Virus record (IMG/VR): IMGVR_UViG_3300032291_002550 | Coordinates: 96,436-160,435 of that record | DNA length: 64,000 bases | Reading direction: 5' to 3' (one strand) | Origin: a virus | Shown here: positions 10,064 through 19,193 of the stretch, piece after piece | Position numbering within the stretch: the first letter of the stretch is position 1 | Layout of the letters: each line of letters opens with the position of its first letter | The notes under the pieces: generated by a model | Seen by the model: only the letters and a program-made list of their open reading frames with translations | What the model was told of the DNA's origin: nothing | Databases searched by the model: none | Translations under genes and position numbers: made by a program

Positions 10064-10384
10064 ATGAAAGAACAAATATTAACATTAGTTAAACACCCCA
10101 AATTCAATAATAATGGATTTAAGGGTTTATTTGAGAAGGAATGGAAACATAACTCAAAAGAAGATTTAAGGTGGTTGTTCTATCTAACAGAATTACAACA
10201 ATGGTTAAGGGATACTAAGGGTATTGAAGTTGAAATATACTCACTTAACTCATTAAGTTATGGTAAGATGTATGGTTGTTTGATTAATATTGAGGGTGAA
10301 AAAACTATTAGGTTAAATGATAGATTACTATACCTAACTATGTTAGAAGAAGGGTTATGTGAAGGATTAAAATTAATAAAGTAA
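10064..10384 (+). CDS. hypothetical phage protein
   Basis: 106-aa ORF (LQQWLRD motif). Confidence 0.7.
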   Translation: MKEQILTLVKHPKFNNNGFKGLFEKEWKHNSKEDLRWLFYLTELQQWLRDTKGIEVEIYSLNSLSYGKMYGCLINIEGEKTIRLNDRLLYLTMLEEGLCEGLKLIK

Positions 10385-10386
10385 AT

Positions 10387-10602
10387 ATGAAGCATTCGGA
10401 ATTAACAAAATCCATTTTAGAAAGTAATGGGATTACAAGTGAAAAGGAAAAGGATTTCTTCAAGGAATTGAGGGTATCACTTAGATTGGATTATGATATC
10501 CCAGCCCCTGAAGTAAGGAAATTAAATGATAATCAGGTTATTGAGAAATGGTATGAAATCCATTCAAAACCTGAGAATAGTATTGGGGGTAGTGTTGTTT
10601 AA
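10387..10602 (+). CDS. hypothetical protein
   Basis: 71-aa ORF. Confidence 0.6.
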   Translation: MKHSELTKSILESNGITSEKEKDFFKELRVSLRLDYDIPAPEVRKLNDNQVIEKWYEIHSKPENSIGGSVV

Positions 10603-10608
10603 AAAAAT

Positions 10609-10736
10609 AGTTAGGTGGTGTAATTGGTAATCACACCTTGCAAGTGAGTAATAGGGTAAGTGAGTCAATAGCACTGCTCGGCTTGATAGCCTCACGACAG
10701 GGAAACAAATTGCAGGTTCGAATCCTGTCCTGACTA
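10609..10736 (+). ncRNA. tRNA-like element with expanded central domain
   Basis: AGTTAGG/CCTGACT-A, D-arm GTG-TAATTGGTAAT-CAC, T-arm GCAGG-TTCGAAT-CCTGT, unrelated ~75-nt insert. Confidence 0.75.
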
Positions 10737-10754
10737 CTAAATAAATAAAATAAT

Positions 10755-11330
10755 ATGAGAAATGAAGGTTCAGATTGGTGCATTAAACAACATGTAAATA
10801 CCAATCATTTTTATGATACATACTTACCATATCAGTTCCATTTACAAATGGTTGCGCAAGTATATGAAGATTTTAAACATCTTTTACCTAAAGACTTAAT
10901 AGTAACAGAAGAATCATATGGCCATGGTAGTTATGAAAAAGTAGATATTACGCATCAAGTAGTTAATATGGCTTGTTGGGGACATGATTTAATCGAAGAT
11001 ACCAGAACGTCTTATAATGACGTCTACAATAAGTTAGGAGTATATGTTGCAAATATTGTTTATGCCGTTTCTAATGAAAAAGGTAAGACCCGAGCCGAGC
11101 GCGCTAACGACAAATATTATGAAGGTATTAGAGAAACGCCGGGTGCTGTATTTGTTAAATTATGTGACAGAATAGCAAATGTTCAATATTCAAAAATGAC
11201 TAAGTCAAGAATGTTTGAAATGTATAAAAAAGAAAATGATAAATTTATGCTTTGTTTAGGTCGTGTATATCAAAATGATGGCCCTTACGAAGAAATGTAT
11301 CAATATTTAATTAATTTATTTAATGATTAA
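10755..11330 (+). CDS. HD-domain hydrolase, SpoT/Mesh1-like (small alarmone hydrolase-like)
   Basis: PYxxH, HDLIEDT and VKLCDRIAN motifs. Confidence 0.75.
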   Translation: MRNEGSDWCIKQHVNTNHFYDTYLPYQFHLQMVAQVYEDFKHLLPKDLIVTEESYGHGSYEKVDITHQVVNMACWGHDLIEDTRTSYNDVYNKLGVYVANIVYAVSNEKGKTRAERANDKYYEGIRETPGAVFVKLCDRIANVQYSKMTKSRMFEMYKKENDKFMLCLGRVYQNDGPYEEMYQYLINLFND

Positions 11331-11387
11331 ATTAGGAAATATGAAATGTTTTCCTTATATTTAAGTATAATTAAAAAGAATAATAAC

Positions 11388-12272
11388 ATGAAAGTATTAA
11401 ATTTAGTATATCCTGAAAAATCGGATATAAAATTCAAAATATCAAAGTTTCCCGATGGGCAACAATCAATTACATTAGATATGGTTGAGGCAGATTTGCC
11501 AGATAAAATTACAGTAAGCATTGCTAGTAGATTTAATTCATTTTTAGATTTGGAACTTATCATTGCTGCAAATCAAGCGTTAAGAGAATTTTCTTATGTT
11601 GAAAATGTTAAATTGAATATACCTTATTTCCTAGGTGCGAGATCAGATCGTAAATTCGGAGATGGTACGAGTAACTATCTTAAAACAGTAATTTGTCCTA
11701 TCATTAATGCTCAGAAATTTTTAAGAGTAACCGTGTTAGATCCTCATTCAGATGTGTTAGAAGCATGCTTGGATAATTATCACAAACATAATAACTATCG
11801 TTTAGTTAAAGATGCTTTAACAGCAATTGATAATAAAAATGATGCTCAAGAAAGAATTTGCTTAGTAAGTCCAGATGCAGGTGCTTATAAAAAGATCTTT
11901 GACGTTGCTAAAGAATTTGGTATTAATAATATCATTACTGCAAATAAAGTTAGAGATATTAAAACGGGTCAAATTATTAGAACCGAGGTCCCAACTTTAG
12001 AGATGCATGAAGATCTTAAATACGTTATCATTGATGATATTTGTGATGGTGGTAGAACATTTGTTGAATTAGCAAAAGCAATGAAAAAACAAAGACCAAC
12101 TGCTAAAATTTATTTAGTTGTGACGCATGGTATTTTTAGTTCAGGATATGCACAATTAGGTGAATATTTCGAACAAATTTATTGTACCAATTCAATAAAA
12201 GATATTGGAGAAACTGAATATCATTGTCTTGAAAACATACCAACAAAAGTTAAACAAACAAACATATTTTAA
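11388..12272 (+). CDS. prs: ribose-phosphate pyrophosphokinase-like protein (candidate ADPR-PP synthetase, Adps)
   Basis: FPDGQ, PYFLGARSDR, DPHS, SPDAGA, IIDDICDGGRTF and THGIFS motifs; start moved to ATG 11388 downstream of the promoter. Confidence 0.88.
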   Translation: MKVLNLVYPEKSDIKFKISKFPDGQQSITLDMVEADLPDKITVSIASRFNSFLDLELIIAANQALREFSYVENVKLNIPYFLGARSDRKFGDGTSNYLKTVICPIINAQKFLRVTVLDPHSDVLEACLDNYHKHNNYRLVKDALTAIDNKNDAQERICLVSPDAGAYKKIFDVAKEFGINNIITANKVRDIKTGQIIRTEVPTLEMHEDLKYVIIDDICDGGRTFVELAKAMKKQRPTAKIYLVVTHGIFSSGYAQLGEYFEQIYCTNSIKDIGETEYHCLENIPTKVKQTNIF

Positions 12273-12273
12273 A

Positions 12274-12792
12274 ATGAGTTATCAAGAAATAGAAGGCGAT
12301 TTAATCAAATTAGCCAGAGAAGCTAAATTTGACGTAATAGTACATGGTTGCAATTGTCTTAGTACAATGGGCGCCGGAATTGCGCCGCAAATGGCAAATG
12401 CTTTTGGTTGTGATAAATTTGAAATGGAGAGATGGGGGCCGACAATTGAGAAATTAGGTTGTATCGATTATGAAACTGTTGTTCTTGGAGAAAAGACGAT
12501 ATGGTCTTTAAGTGACTACAAAAACAATCGTAATGAACCAGAATTAACTGTTGTCAATGCATATACGCAATATAAGTATGGTTCGAACCACAAAGATGGC
12601 ATTGCAAACCCATTTGACTATGAAGCATTCACGATATGTATGCGAAAAATGAACCATATCTTCAAAGGCAAGCATATTGGCATGCCAAAGATTGGCGCTG
12701 GATTAGCTGGAGGAGATTGGAATAGAATTAAGGACATTATCCAAGCAGAATTAAAAGATATGCAAATATCAGTAATAATTTATAAACCATAA
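12274..12792 (+). CDS. macro domain protein (ADP-ribose binding/hydrolase)
   Basis: GDL, HGCNC..MGAGIA and PKIGAGLAGGDW motifs; start at ATG 12274. Confidence 0.88.
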   Translation: MSYQEIEGDLIKLAREAKFDVIVHGCNCLSTMGAGIAPQMANAFGCDKFEMERWGPTIEKLGCIDYETVVLGEKTIWSLSDYKNNRNEPELTVVNAYTQYKYGSNHKDGIANPFDYEAFTICMRKMNHIFKGKHIGMPKIGAGLAGGDWNRIKDIIQAELKDMQISVIIYKP

Positions 12793-12811
12793 GAAATAAA
12801 ATATTTTAAAT

Positions 12812-12997
12812 ATGACCTTAAAGGAAAGTTTAAAAGTAAAAGAAACGGACATTTATGGATGTAGCAGTTGTAAAATTACCTCCGAGACGAAAGGCAGAAT
12901 GTGCCCTTGTCCACGTGGTAGTTGTGATGCTGAAATTATAGGACAAAAAATAATAATAACAGAAATTAAATCGTATTCAAATGGAAATAAGAAATAA
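12812..12997 (+). CDS. small Cys-rich hypothetical protein
   Basis: CSSC...CPCPRGSC. Confidence 0.55.
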   Translation: MTLKESLKVKETDIYGCSSCKITSETKGRMCPCPRGSCDAEIIGQKIIITEIKSYSNGNKK

Positions 12998-13048
12998 AAA
13001 TGGCAATACAATATTCGAAATGGATGATGTGTTAATATTACTTTTAGC

Positions 13049-13258
13049 ATGCGTTATAGCATTTTGTATAGTGGGGCATTGTTAAAAATAAACTATCAAG
13101 AAATGAAAATATTTAAAGACATATTAGCACCGGCATATTTAGGATTTGCACTATCATATTTTGCAAACATATCATGGGACAATTCGAAATTTTATGCTAT
13201 CATTATCCCATTCTATTTTCTTGTAAAAATATCTAATTTTAATAAAGACGAAGAATAA
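13049..13258 (+). CDS. small membrane protein (start may be ~13103)
   Basis: Two hydrophobic segments; overlaps the next start codon. Confidence 0.5.
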   Translation: MRYSILYSGALLKINYQEMKIFKDILAPAYLGFALSYFANISWDNSKFYAIIIPFYFLVKISNFNKDEE

Positions 13259-13686
13259 TGAATAAATTACAAAAATACATCGATCGCTTAACGAGAGAAT
13301 GGAAGCAGCATAAAAATATCATCATTGCTGTTGATTTTGATGATACAATTAGTCCTTGGGGACTAAACACAACACAAGAATGTAATTGGGTTGTCGAAAA
13401 ATTAAAAACATATCAACAACAAGGAGCTTATATTGTAATATTTACTGCTTGTAATTCTGATAGATTTGAAGATATTAGCAATTTCTGTAGTCAGAATGAT
13501 TTAATGATTTCAAGTATTAATAAAAATGCTTTTGAATTGCCTTATGGTAATAACGGAAAGATATATGCTAATGTATTTTTAGATGATAGAGCTGGGTTAT
13601 TTGAAACCATTGAAATATTAGATGGTGCTTTATGTAATATGAAGGCTCATGGAAATGAAATACAACATATAGGAGAAATTGCATAA
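13258..13686 (+). CDS. HAD-superfamily phosphatase-like protein
   Basis: IAVDFDDTI motif I, FTAC, K..A..FLDDR. Confidence 0.75.
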   Translation: MNKLQKYIDRLTREWKQHKNIIIAVDFDDTISPWGLNTTQECNWVVEKLKTYQQQGAYIVIFTACNSDRFEDISNFCSQNDLMISSINKNAFELPYGNNGKIYANVFLDDRAGLFETIEILDGALCNMKAHGNEIQHIGEIA

Positions 13687-13883
13687 TGAATATATTAACA
13701 GCAGAAGAATTTTTAAAACAAGAAGGTTGGTATAATGAAGAATGTTCTGTTAATTATTTAATGATTAAATTTGCTAAAATGCACGTAAAAGCTGCTTTAG
13801 AAAAGGGAGCTAAAAGTTATATAATGTATGAAAGCGATAGAGAAAAAATAAGAAATTCTTACCCTTTAGAAAATATAAAATAA
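13686..13883 (+). CDS. hypothetical protein
   Basis: 65-aa ORF coupled on both sides. Confidence 0.6.
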   Translation: MNILTAEEFLKQEGWYNEECSVNYLMIKFAKMHVKAALEKGAKSYIMYESDREKIRNSYPLENIK

Positions 13884-14350
13884 TGAATAACGTATTTACA
13901 CCACCAATGAACATATCTCTAAGAGATAGAAGAAAACATTCAATATTCCTAGCCGGTTCCATAGATATGGGAGCATCAGAAGATTGGCAAACTTATGTGA
14001 TTGATAAAATTAAATATAAAAAAGCACATAATTGGTTTAATCCTAGAAGGTTAGATTGGGATAGTTCTTGGATTCAAGAATTAGAGAATCCTCAATTTAA
14101 TCAACAAGTTAAATGGGAGATAAATGCTCTAAAAAAAGCTGATATAATTGTTATGAACTTTACAAGTGGGTCCATTTCGCCCATATCGTTACTTGAATTA
14201 GGAATGTTTGCACATACAGGTAAAATGCTCGTTTGTTGTCCAAAAGAATTTTGGAGAAAAGGAAACGTAGATATTATATGTGAAGAATATGACATACCTT
14301 TATTCGAAGATTTAGATAGTTTATTATCTAGATTAGAACAAATAATATAA
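13883..14350 (+). CDS. nucleoside 2-deoxyribosyltransferase-like protein
   Basis: IFLAGSI, NPRR, WE..AL..AD and SPISLLELG motifs. Confidence 0.8.
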   Translation: MNNVFTPPMNISLRDRRKHSIFLAGSIDMGASEDWQTYVIDKIKYKKAHNWFNPRRLDWDSSWIQELENPQFNQQVKWEINALKKADIIVMNFTSGSISPISLLELGMFAHTGKMLVCCPKEFWRKGNVDIICEEYDIPLFEDLDSLLSRLEQII

Positions 14351-14430
14351 TTTTTAAAAAAATAATTAAAAAAAAGGTTGGAAATATGAAATGTTTTCCT
14401 TATCTTTAAGTATATTAATAAATAAATAAT

Positions 14431-16305
14431 ATGAGTTTTAAAATAAATAGTTTATATCTTACAGACGGATATAAGGTTGGTCACAAGAAAATGTTAGCTA
14501 AAGGTACAACAAAGCTATACGGAACATGGATTCCTAGAAGTACTAAACATGCCCCTAAGGGTGTTACGAAAATTGTATCATTCGGTCAACAATTGGTTTG
14601 GAAATGGTTACATGATGAATTTGAAGAAAATTTCTTTTTTACGGAACAGAAAAAATTAATGAACTTTTCTGACCCGGCCAGAACAAATCAAAAAAGTGAA
14701 TTAAAAGCTAAAGCGCTTCAATTCACAAAAGATATGTCCCTATACTTAGGTATGGAGTATGACGGTAAACATTTCGAAGAATTGTGGGACTTAGGTTACT
14801 TACCTATTAAAGTAAAAGCATTACCTGAAGGTATTGAAACAGGAACTAATATTCCTCATATGACCTTTATAAATACAGTTGATGGGTTTGCTTGGTTAAC
14901 ATTATATCTTGAAACTGTAGTTAGTTCATTAGCTTGGAAACCAAGTACAGCAGCAACTATTGCTAAATTGTATAGAAGACAAGCTGAAGAATGGGTAGCT
15001 AAAACAGACCCAAGTAATATGTGGTTAGTTGATTTTATGTGTCATGATTTCTCTGCTAGAGGATTAGACCCGATGAGTCAATACCTAATTGGTTTAGGTC
15101 ATGCTACATCATTTAAAGGTAGTGATACATTACCTGTTATTCCTGCTGCTAGATATTTTTATGGAGTTAAAGAAGATGAAATGCCTATCTATAGTGTTAA
15201 TGCGTCAGAACATTCAGTATCAACTACAAAGATTTTTACAGTAGGTGAACAACAAATGATTGCTGATTGGTTAAAGGATTTTGATAAAGGTATTTTATCA
15301 ATAGTAGCTGATACATTTGATTTATGGAAACTAATTACAGAATATTTACCAGCTAATAAAGAAGCTATTATGGCTCGTGATGGTAAATTAGTAATTCGCC
15401 CTGACTCTGGAGATCCTGTTGATATTATTTGCGGATTAAATATTCCCGAATATGATAGTTTAGTTGATGCCGAGGAATCATTTAGAGATGAGTTGTATAA
15501 TAACCAAGTGCATGGAGAAGATATGTTTTCAATTGATGAAACGCGACTGGTAAAAGTTGAAGATAAATATTATAAATTAACAGCAGATGTTGATTGGAAC
15601 AGATATGATAAACAATACTATTTTATTGAATGTATTAGTTTTGGCGTTATAGAAGTAGAATCAACGCCAGCCTTTAAAGGCGTAATAGAATTACTTTGGG
15701 ATATATTTGGCGGGACAATTAACGAACAAGGATTCAAAGTTTTAGATCCACATATCGGAGCCATTTATGGTGACAGTATTACACCAGAACGTCAAGTTCA
15801 AATATATGAAAGATTAGCTGCTAAAGGATTTGCATCGACTAATATTGTATTAGGTGTAGGTAGTTTTACTTATCAATATAATACAAGAGATACATTAGGA
15901 TTTGCTGCTAAAGGCGCTTGGTTTGAGGTTGAGGATAGAATTGTATTTTTTGCTGCTAAAGGCGCTTGGTTTGAGGTTGAGGATAGAATTGTATTTACTA
16001 ATAAAAATGGTAATCTTGACGAAGAATTTGTAAAAACTGCTTATAATATTTATAAAGATCCAATTACAGATGATGGTACAAAGAAATCATTAAAAGGTTT
16101 ATTACAAGTAGAAGAAGTTAACACTTATAAAGGTGGTGATAAAGTAAAAACAGATTATATAGTATTACAAGAATGTACCCCTGAAGAAGAAAATAAAGGA
16201 ATGCTTCAAGTAATTTATGAAGATGGTAAATTCTTTAATCAAGTTACTCTAAATGAAATTAGAGAAAGATTACAAAGTGCTATAACAATAGCTATAGGAA
16301 AATAA
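14431..16305 (+). CDS. nadV: nicotinamide phosphoribosyltransferase-like protein (candidate Namat)
   Basis: TDGYK..H, HDFSARG, SEHS, IRPDSGDP, IYGDSIT and K.P.TD.G.KKSLKG motifs. Confidence 0.9.
   Translation: MSFKINSLYLTDGYKVGHKKMLAKGTTKLYGTWIPRSTKHAPKGVTKIVSFGQQLVWKWLHDEFEENFFFTEQKKLMNFSDPARTNQKSELKAKALQFTKDMSLYLGMEYDGKHFEELWDLGYLPIKVKALPEGIETGTNIPHMTFINTVDGFAWLTLYLETVVSSLAWKPSTAATIAKLYRRQAEEWVAKTDPSNMWLVDFMCHDFSARGLDPMSQYLIGLGHATSFKGSDTLPVIPAARYFYGVKEDEMPIYSVNASEHSVSTTKIFTVGEQQMIADWLKDFDKGILSIVADTFDLWKLITEYLPANKEAIMARDGKLVIRPDSGDPVDIICGLNIPEYDSLVDAEESFRDELYNNQVHGEDMFSIDETRLVKVEDKYYKLTADVDWNRYDKQYYFIECISFGVIEVESTPAFKGVIELLWDIFGGTINEQGFKVLDPHIGAIYGDSITPERQVQIYERLAAKGFASTNIVLGVGSFTYQYNTRDTLGFAAKGAWFEVEDRIVFFAAKGAWFEVEDRIVFTNKNGNLDEEFVKTAYNIYKDPITDDGTKKSLKGLLQVEEVNTYKGGDKVKTDYIVLQECTPEEENKGMLQVIYEDGKFFNQVTLNEIRERLQSAITIAIGK
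15901..15996 (+). repeat. perfect 48-bp in-frame tandem duplication
   Basis: TTTGCTGCTAAAGGCGCTTGGTTTGAGGTTGAGGATAGAATTGTATTT x2 (FAAKGAWFEVEDRIVF x2). Confidence 0.95.
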
Positions 16306-16313
16306 TAAGGGTT

Positions 16314-16438
16314 AGTCAGGTGGCGGAATGGTAGACGCTACCCAGATAACAGCCGAAAGGTGGGGATTAATCAGAATAGTTATTCTGAAATGCACTAACG
16401 AAACAGATTAATTACAGGTTCGAATCCTGTCCTGACTA
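16314..16438 (+). ncRNA. tRNA-like element with expanded central domain
   Basis: AGTCAGG/CCTGACT-A, Leu-like D-arm GCG-GAATGGTAGA-CGC, perfect T-arm, insert with CC-GAAA-GG and TCAGAATA/TATTCTGA hairpins. Confidence 0.8.
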
Positions 16439-16455
16439 CTAATAATATAACAAAT

Positions 16456-17592
16456 ATGGAAAATTTAAATAGTGTGTGTTTTGTAGCACGAATTGATGAA
16501 ATAAAAGAAATTGCTGGAGCCGATAATATTGTTCAGGCCGTTGTCGGCGGTTGGAACTGTATTATACAAAAAGGTCAGTATACCGAAGGTGGATTAGTAA
16601 TCGTAGCAACTACGGATGCCGTAATTCCTCAAGAATTATCAGATGAGATGAACGTAACTAATTATTTACGTAAAGGTAACCGTGTTCGTACCGTTAAGTT
16701 ACGAGGCGTATATTCTGAATGCTTAATTATACCATTAAAATATATTCCTAAGGGTAATATTAATGCGTATACCGAAGGTAAAGATATGATGGAGGTAATG
16801 AATATCTTTAAATATGAACCGCCCGTTAAGCAAATTCAATTAGCGTCAGGTAAAAAGATTCGTTACCAAGATAATCCTAACTTCCATGTTTACTACAAAT
16901 TTCCAAACTTAAAAAATGTTAAAGGGATGTTTACGGAAGAAGATGATGTTCAAATTACTCGTAAACTTCACGGAACTAATGCTCGTTATGGTATTGTATT
17001 AAAAAATAAATTATCATTATGGGATAAAGTAAAGAAGTTTCTTTATCTTGCAGATGAATGGGTTGATTATGAATATGTAGTCGGGTCACATAACGTAGAA
17101 AAAGGTAGCGATTCTCAAGGATTTTATGATACAAATGTTTGGTATGAAATAGCAAATAAGTATCAAATTAAAGAAAAGTTGTGGCAATTTGTTAAGGAAA
17201 ATTATAGCCCTGAAGAATTAGGTTCAGGATTATCTATGTACGGTGAAATTTATGGAGCTGGTATTCAAAAGAACTATGATTATGGGTTAAAAAATATTGA
17301 GTTTGCAATATTCGATGTTACTAAAAATGGTACGTATTGGCCAACATTTTATACCGAAGTATTTGCATCTGCAGGAATTGAATTACCTCACGTGCCTATA
17401 CTATATGATGGACCATGGTCTCAAGAAATTCAAGACAAATATACGTTTAATAACTTTATTGAAGGTACTAAAGTTCCGCACGAAGGTATTGTAATTAAAC
17501 ATGTAAGTGGCGAAAGAAATAAAGTAGCTAAAGTAATTAATCCGGATTACTTAATTTACGGAGAAAAACATAACGTAGGAGATAGTCATTAA
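16456..17592 (+). CDS. ATP-dependent RNA ligase (DRB0094/Rnl5-like, N-terminal OB fold)
   Basis: ADNI..A.V.GW, KLRGVYSE, motif I KLHGTN, GEIYG, FD, EGIVIK, K.INPDY. Confidence 0.88.
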   Translation: MENLNSVCFVARIDEIKEIAGADNIVQAVVGGWNCIIQKGQYTEGGLVIVATTDAVIPQELSDEMNVTNYLRKGNRVRTVKLRGVYSECLIIPLKYIPKGNINAYTEGKDMMEVMNIFKYEPPVKQIQLASGKKIRYQDNPNFHVYYKFPNLKNVKGMFTEEDDVQITRKLHGTNARYGIVLKNKLSLWDKVKKFLYLADEWVDYEYVVGSHNVEKGSDSQGFYDTNVWYEIANKYQIKEKLWQFVKENYSPEELGSGLSMYGEIYGAGIQKNYDYGLKNIEFAIFDVTKNGTYWPTFYTEVFASAGIELPHVPILYDGPWSQEIQDKYTFNNFIEGTKVPHEGIVIKHVSGERNKVAKVINPDYLIYGEKHNVGDSH

Positions 17593-17594
17593 AA

Positions 17595-18137
17595 ATGATC
17601 AATCAAATATTTGTTAATGTAAGCGACATGCACTTATATATTAAAGTGCCAAACCATTTATGGTATACTGCAACTCATTATACGCATGTACCAAGTACAG
17701 ACCCAGAATATCCATATTTCAATGATGAATATCGTTATGGATGGATGGATGTCGTTTATTTAACAGACCCTATAATAGATCCAACAGGGGTAATGAGAAG
17801 CCCTGAATGGATTTATGTTTTAGTGAATAAATCAATGCCGGGAATGGTAAAGATTGGATTAACAACAACATCTGTTGATCAACGCGTTAAAGAAATAAAC
17901 AGTGCTACTGGAGTACCTACTCCTTGGATAGATGTTTATAAATTTAAATGTTATGGGTCTAGATATCTAGAAAAGGAAATACATCAATATTTAGCAAGCC
18001 ATCGAGTGTCTACAAATAGAGAAATGTTTGCCGTAACTACAATGCATGCTCAAGAAGTAATTGAGAAGCTAGGTGACCCATATACAAGTTTTTTATATGT
18101 AGATCAAAAAAATCTTGAAATAGATTTGGAAAATTGA
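17595..18137 (+). CDS. GIY-YIG/T5orf172-like protein
   Basis: WIYVL..KIGLT...R..E, TGVPTP, E..IH and REMF motifs. Confidence 0.8.
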   Translation: MINQIFVNVSDMHLYIKVPNHLWYTATHYTHVPSTDPEYPYFNDEYRYGWMDVVYLTDPIIDPTGVMRSPEWIYVLVNKSMPGMVKIGLTTTSVDQRVKEINSATGVPTPWIDVYKFKCYGSRYLEKEIHQYLASHRVSTNREMFAVTTMHAQEVIEKLGDPYTSFLYVDQKNLEIDLEN

Positions 18138-18161
18138 AAAGTATTCTTTATCTTTAAGTAT

Positions 18162-18302
18162 ATGAAATCAGGTCAATATGTGTATTTAAATAACTATCGA
18201 TATTTGTTTCTAGGATATATTGATTATAAAAGAACTAGATGTATACTAGCAGATAGACATGGTAACAAATGTGAAATGTGGATAGATAAAATAAAAAATT
18301 AA
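18162..18302 (+). CDS. 46-aa hypothetical protein (not in ORF track), likely leaderless
   Basis: ATG immediately follows promoter 18126-18161; open frame MKSGQYVYLNNYRY...KIKN. Confidence 0.6.
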   Translation: MKSGQYVYLNNYRYLFLGYIDYKRTRCILADRHGNKCEMWIDKIKN

Positions 18303-18350
18303 AAATAAAAAGTCTAGGAAAATTGAAAAGTATTCTTTATCTTTAAGTAT

Positions 18351-18572
18351 ATGAAAATAATTAGATATTGCAGTGAATGTAATGAGCTTATTCCAGAAGG
18401 AAGATTAAAAGCTAAGCCAGATGCAAAAACTTGTATTAAACATAGTAATACAATAAGATATTCTGGCAGAATGGTTGTTCATCATAAAACGGGTAATGAA
18501 ATTGAAATTTATAAAGACCCGAATACAGCAAAAGAAATGTTCAGATTAGATATAACAAAAGGAAGAAAATAA
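18351..18572 (+). CDS. DksA/TraR-type zinc-finger protein
   Basis: CSEC.E.IPEGRL.A.P.AKTCIKH. Confidence 0.7.
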   Translation: MKIIRYCSECNELIPEGRLKAKPDAKTCIKHSNTIRYSGRMVVHHKTGNEIEIYKDPNTAKEMFRLDITKGRK

Positions 18573-18574
18573 TT

Positions 18575-18907
18575 ATGGAAAATAAAAACAAAAATCAAAA
18601 CGGCAAGAAGCCTAACAAAACTAATTACTCGCGTATTGAGACATTACCGGGACAATTCCCGACTAATGCAGAAGGTCGTATTATGAGTAATATCGCATAT
18701 GGATATAAAGCTAGCGATTATTCATGGGAGAAGCTTTTCAAGAAGACTCCGGAAGAGCGCGCTAAAGCAAAGAAAGAAATTTCTAAGTATAAGAGCTTAA
18801 TGGCTGCATATTACGGGGCAGATTGGAGAAGCAGAAAGGGCGAAAAGGCAGTTATTAATGTGCCAATTAAAGTTAATAAGCAAACAATGTTATTTGAATT
18901 AATCTAA
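18575..18907 (+). CDS. hypothetical basic protein
   Basis: 110-aa ORF. Confidence 0.65.
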   Translation: MENKNKNQNGKKPNKTNYSRIETLPGQFPTNAEGRIMSNIAYGYKASDYSWEKLFKKTPEERAKAKKEISKYKSLMAAYYGADWRSRKGEKAVINVPIKVNKQTMLFELI

Positions 18908-18917
18908 TAAAAAATAT

Positions 18918-19193
18918 ATGTACTATACAGCAAGAGTAGTTGTCGAGTTTGAAACAGACAACGGTAAAATAAAAAAGGTAAGCGAAACTTATTTAGTAGA
19001 AGCTTCATCAGTAACCCATGCGGAATCAATTGTTCATAGAGAATTTTCTAAAGAACAAAGAGACTTTGAAGTTAAATCTGTAACTCAATCTAGATATTTA
19101 GATGTGTTTTTTGAAGATGCGACAAAGAATAGTAATAGAGTTGCAATTGATTCGCAAGATCGTAAACGTTCAGACGAATGGCCGGAAGAGTAA
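18918..19193 (+). CDS. DUF4494-like protein
   Basis: G..KKVSETYLVEA.S.T.AE pattern, which I recall from the Bacteroidota DUF4494 family. Confidence 0.65.
   Translation: MYYTARVVVEFETDNGKIKKVSETYLVEASSVTHAESIVHREFSKEQRDFEVKSVTQSRYLDVFFEDATKNSNRVAIDSQDRKRSDEWPEE

Noticed and set aside
9919-16438. Group I intron-containing tRNAs or prophage att sites as the explanation for the AGTCAGG family
   Set aside because: Inserts are only ~75 nt with no P/Q/R/S core, removing them does not restore an anticodon arm, and no integrase is in the window.
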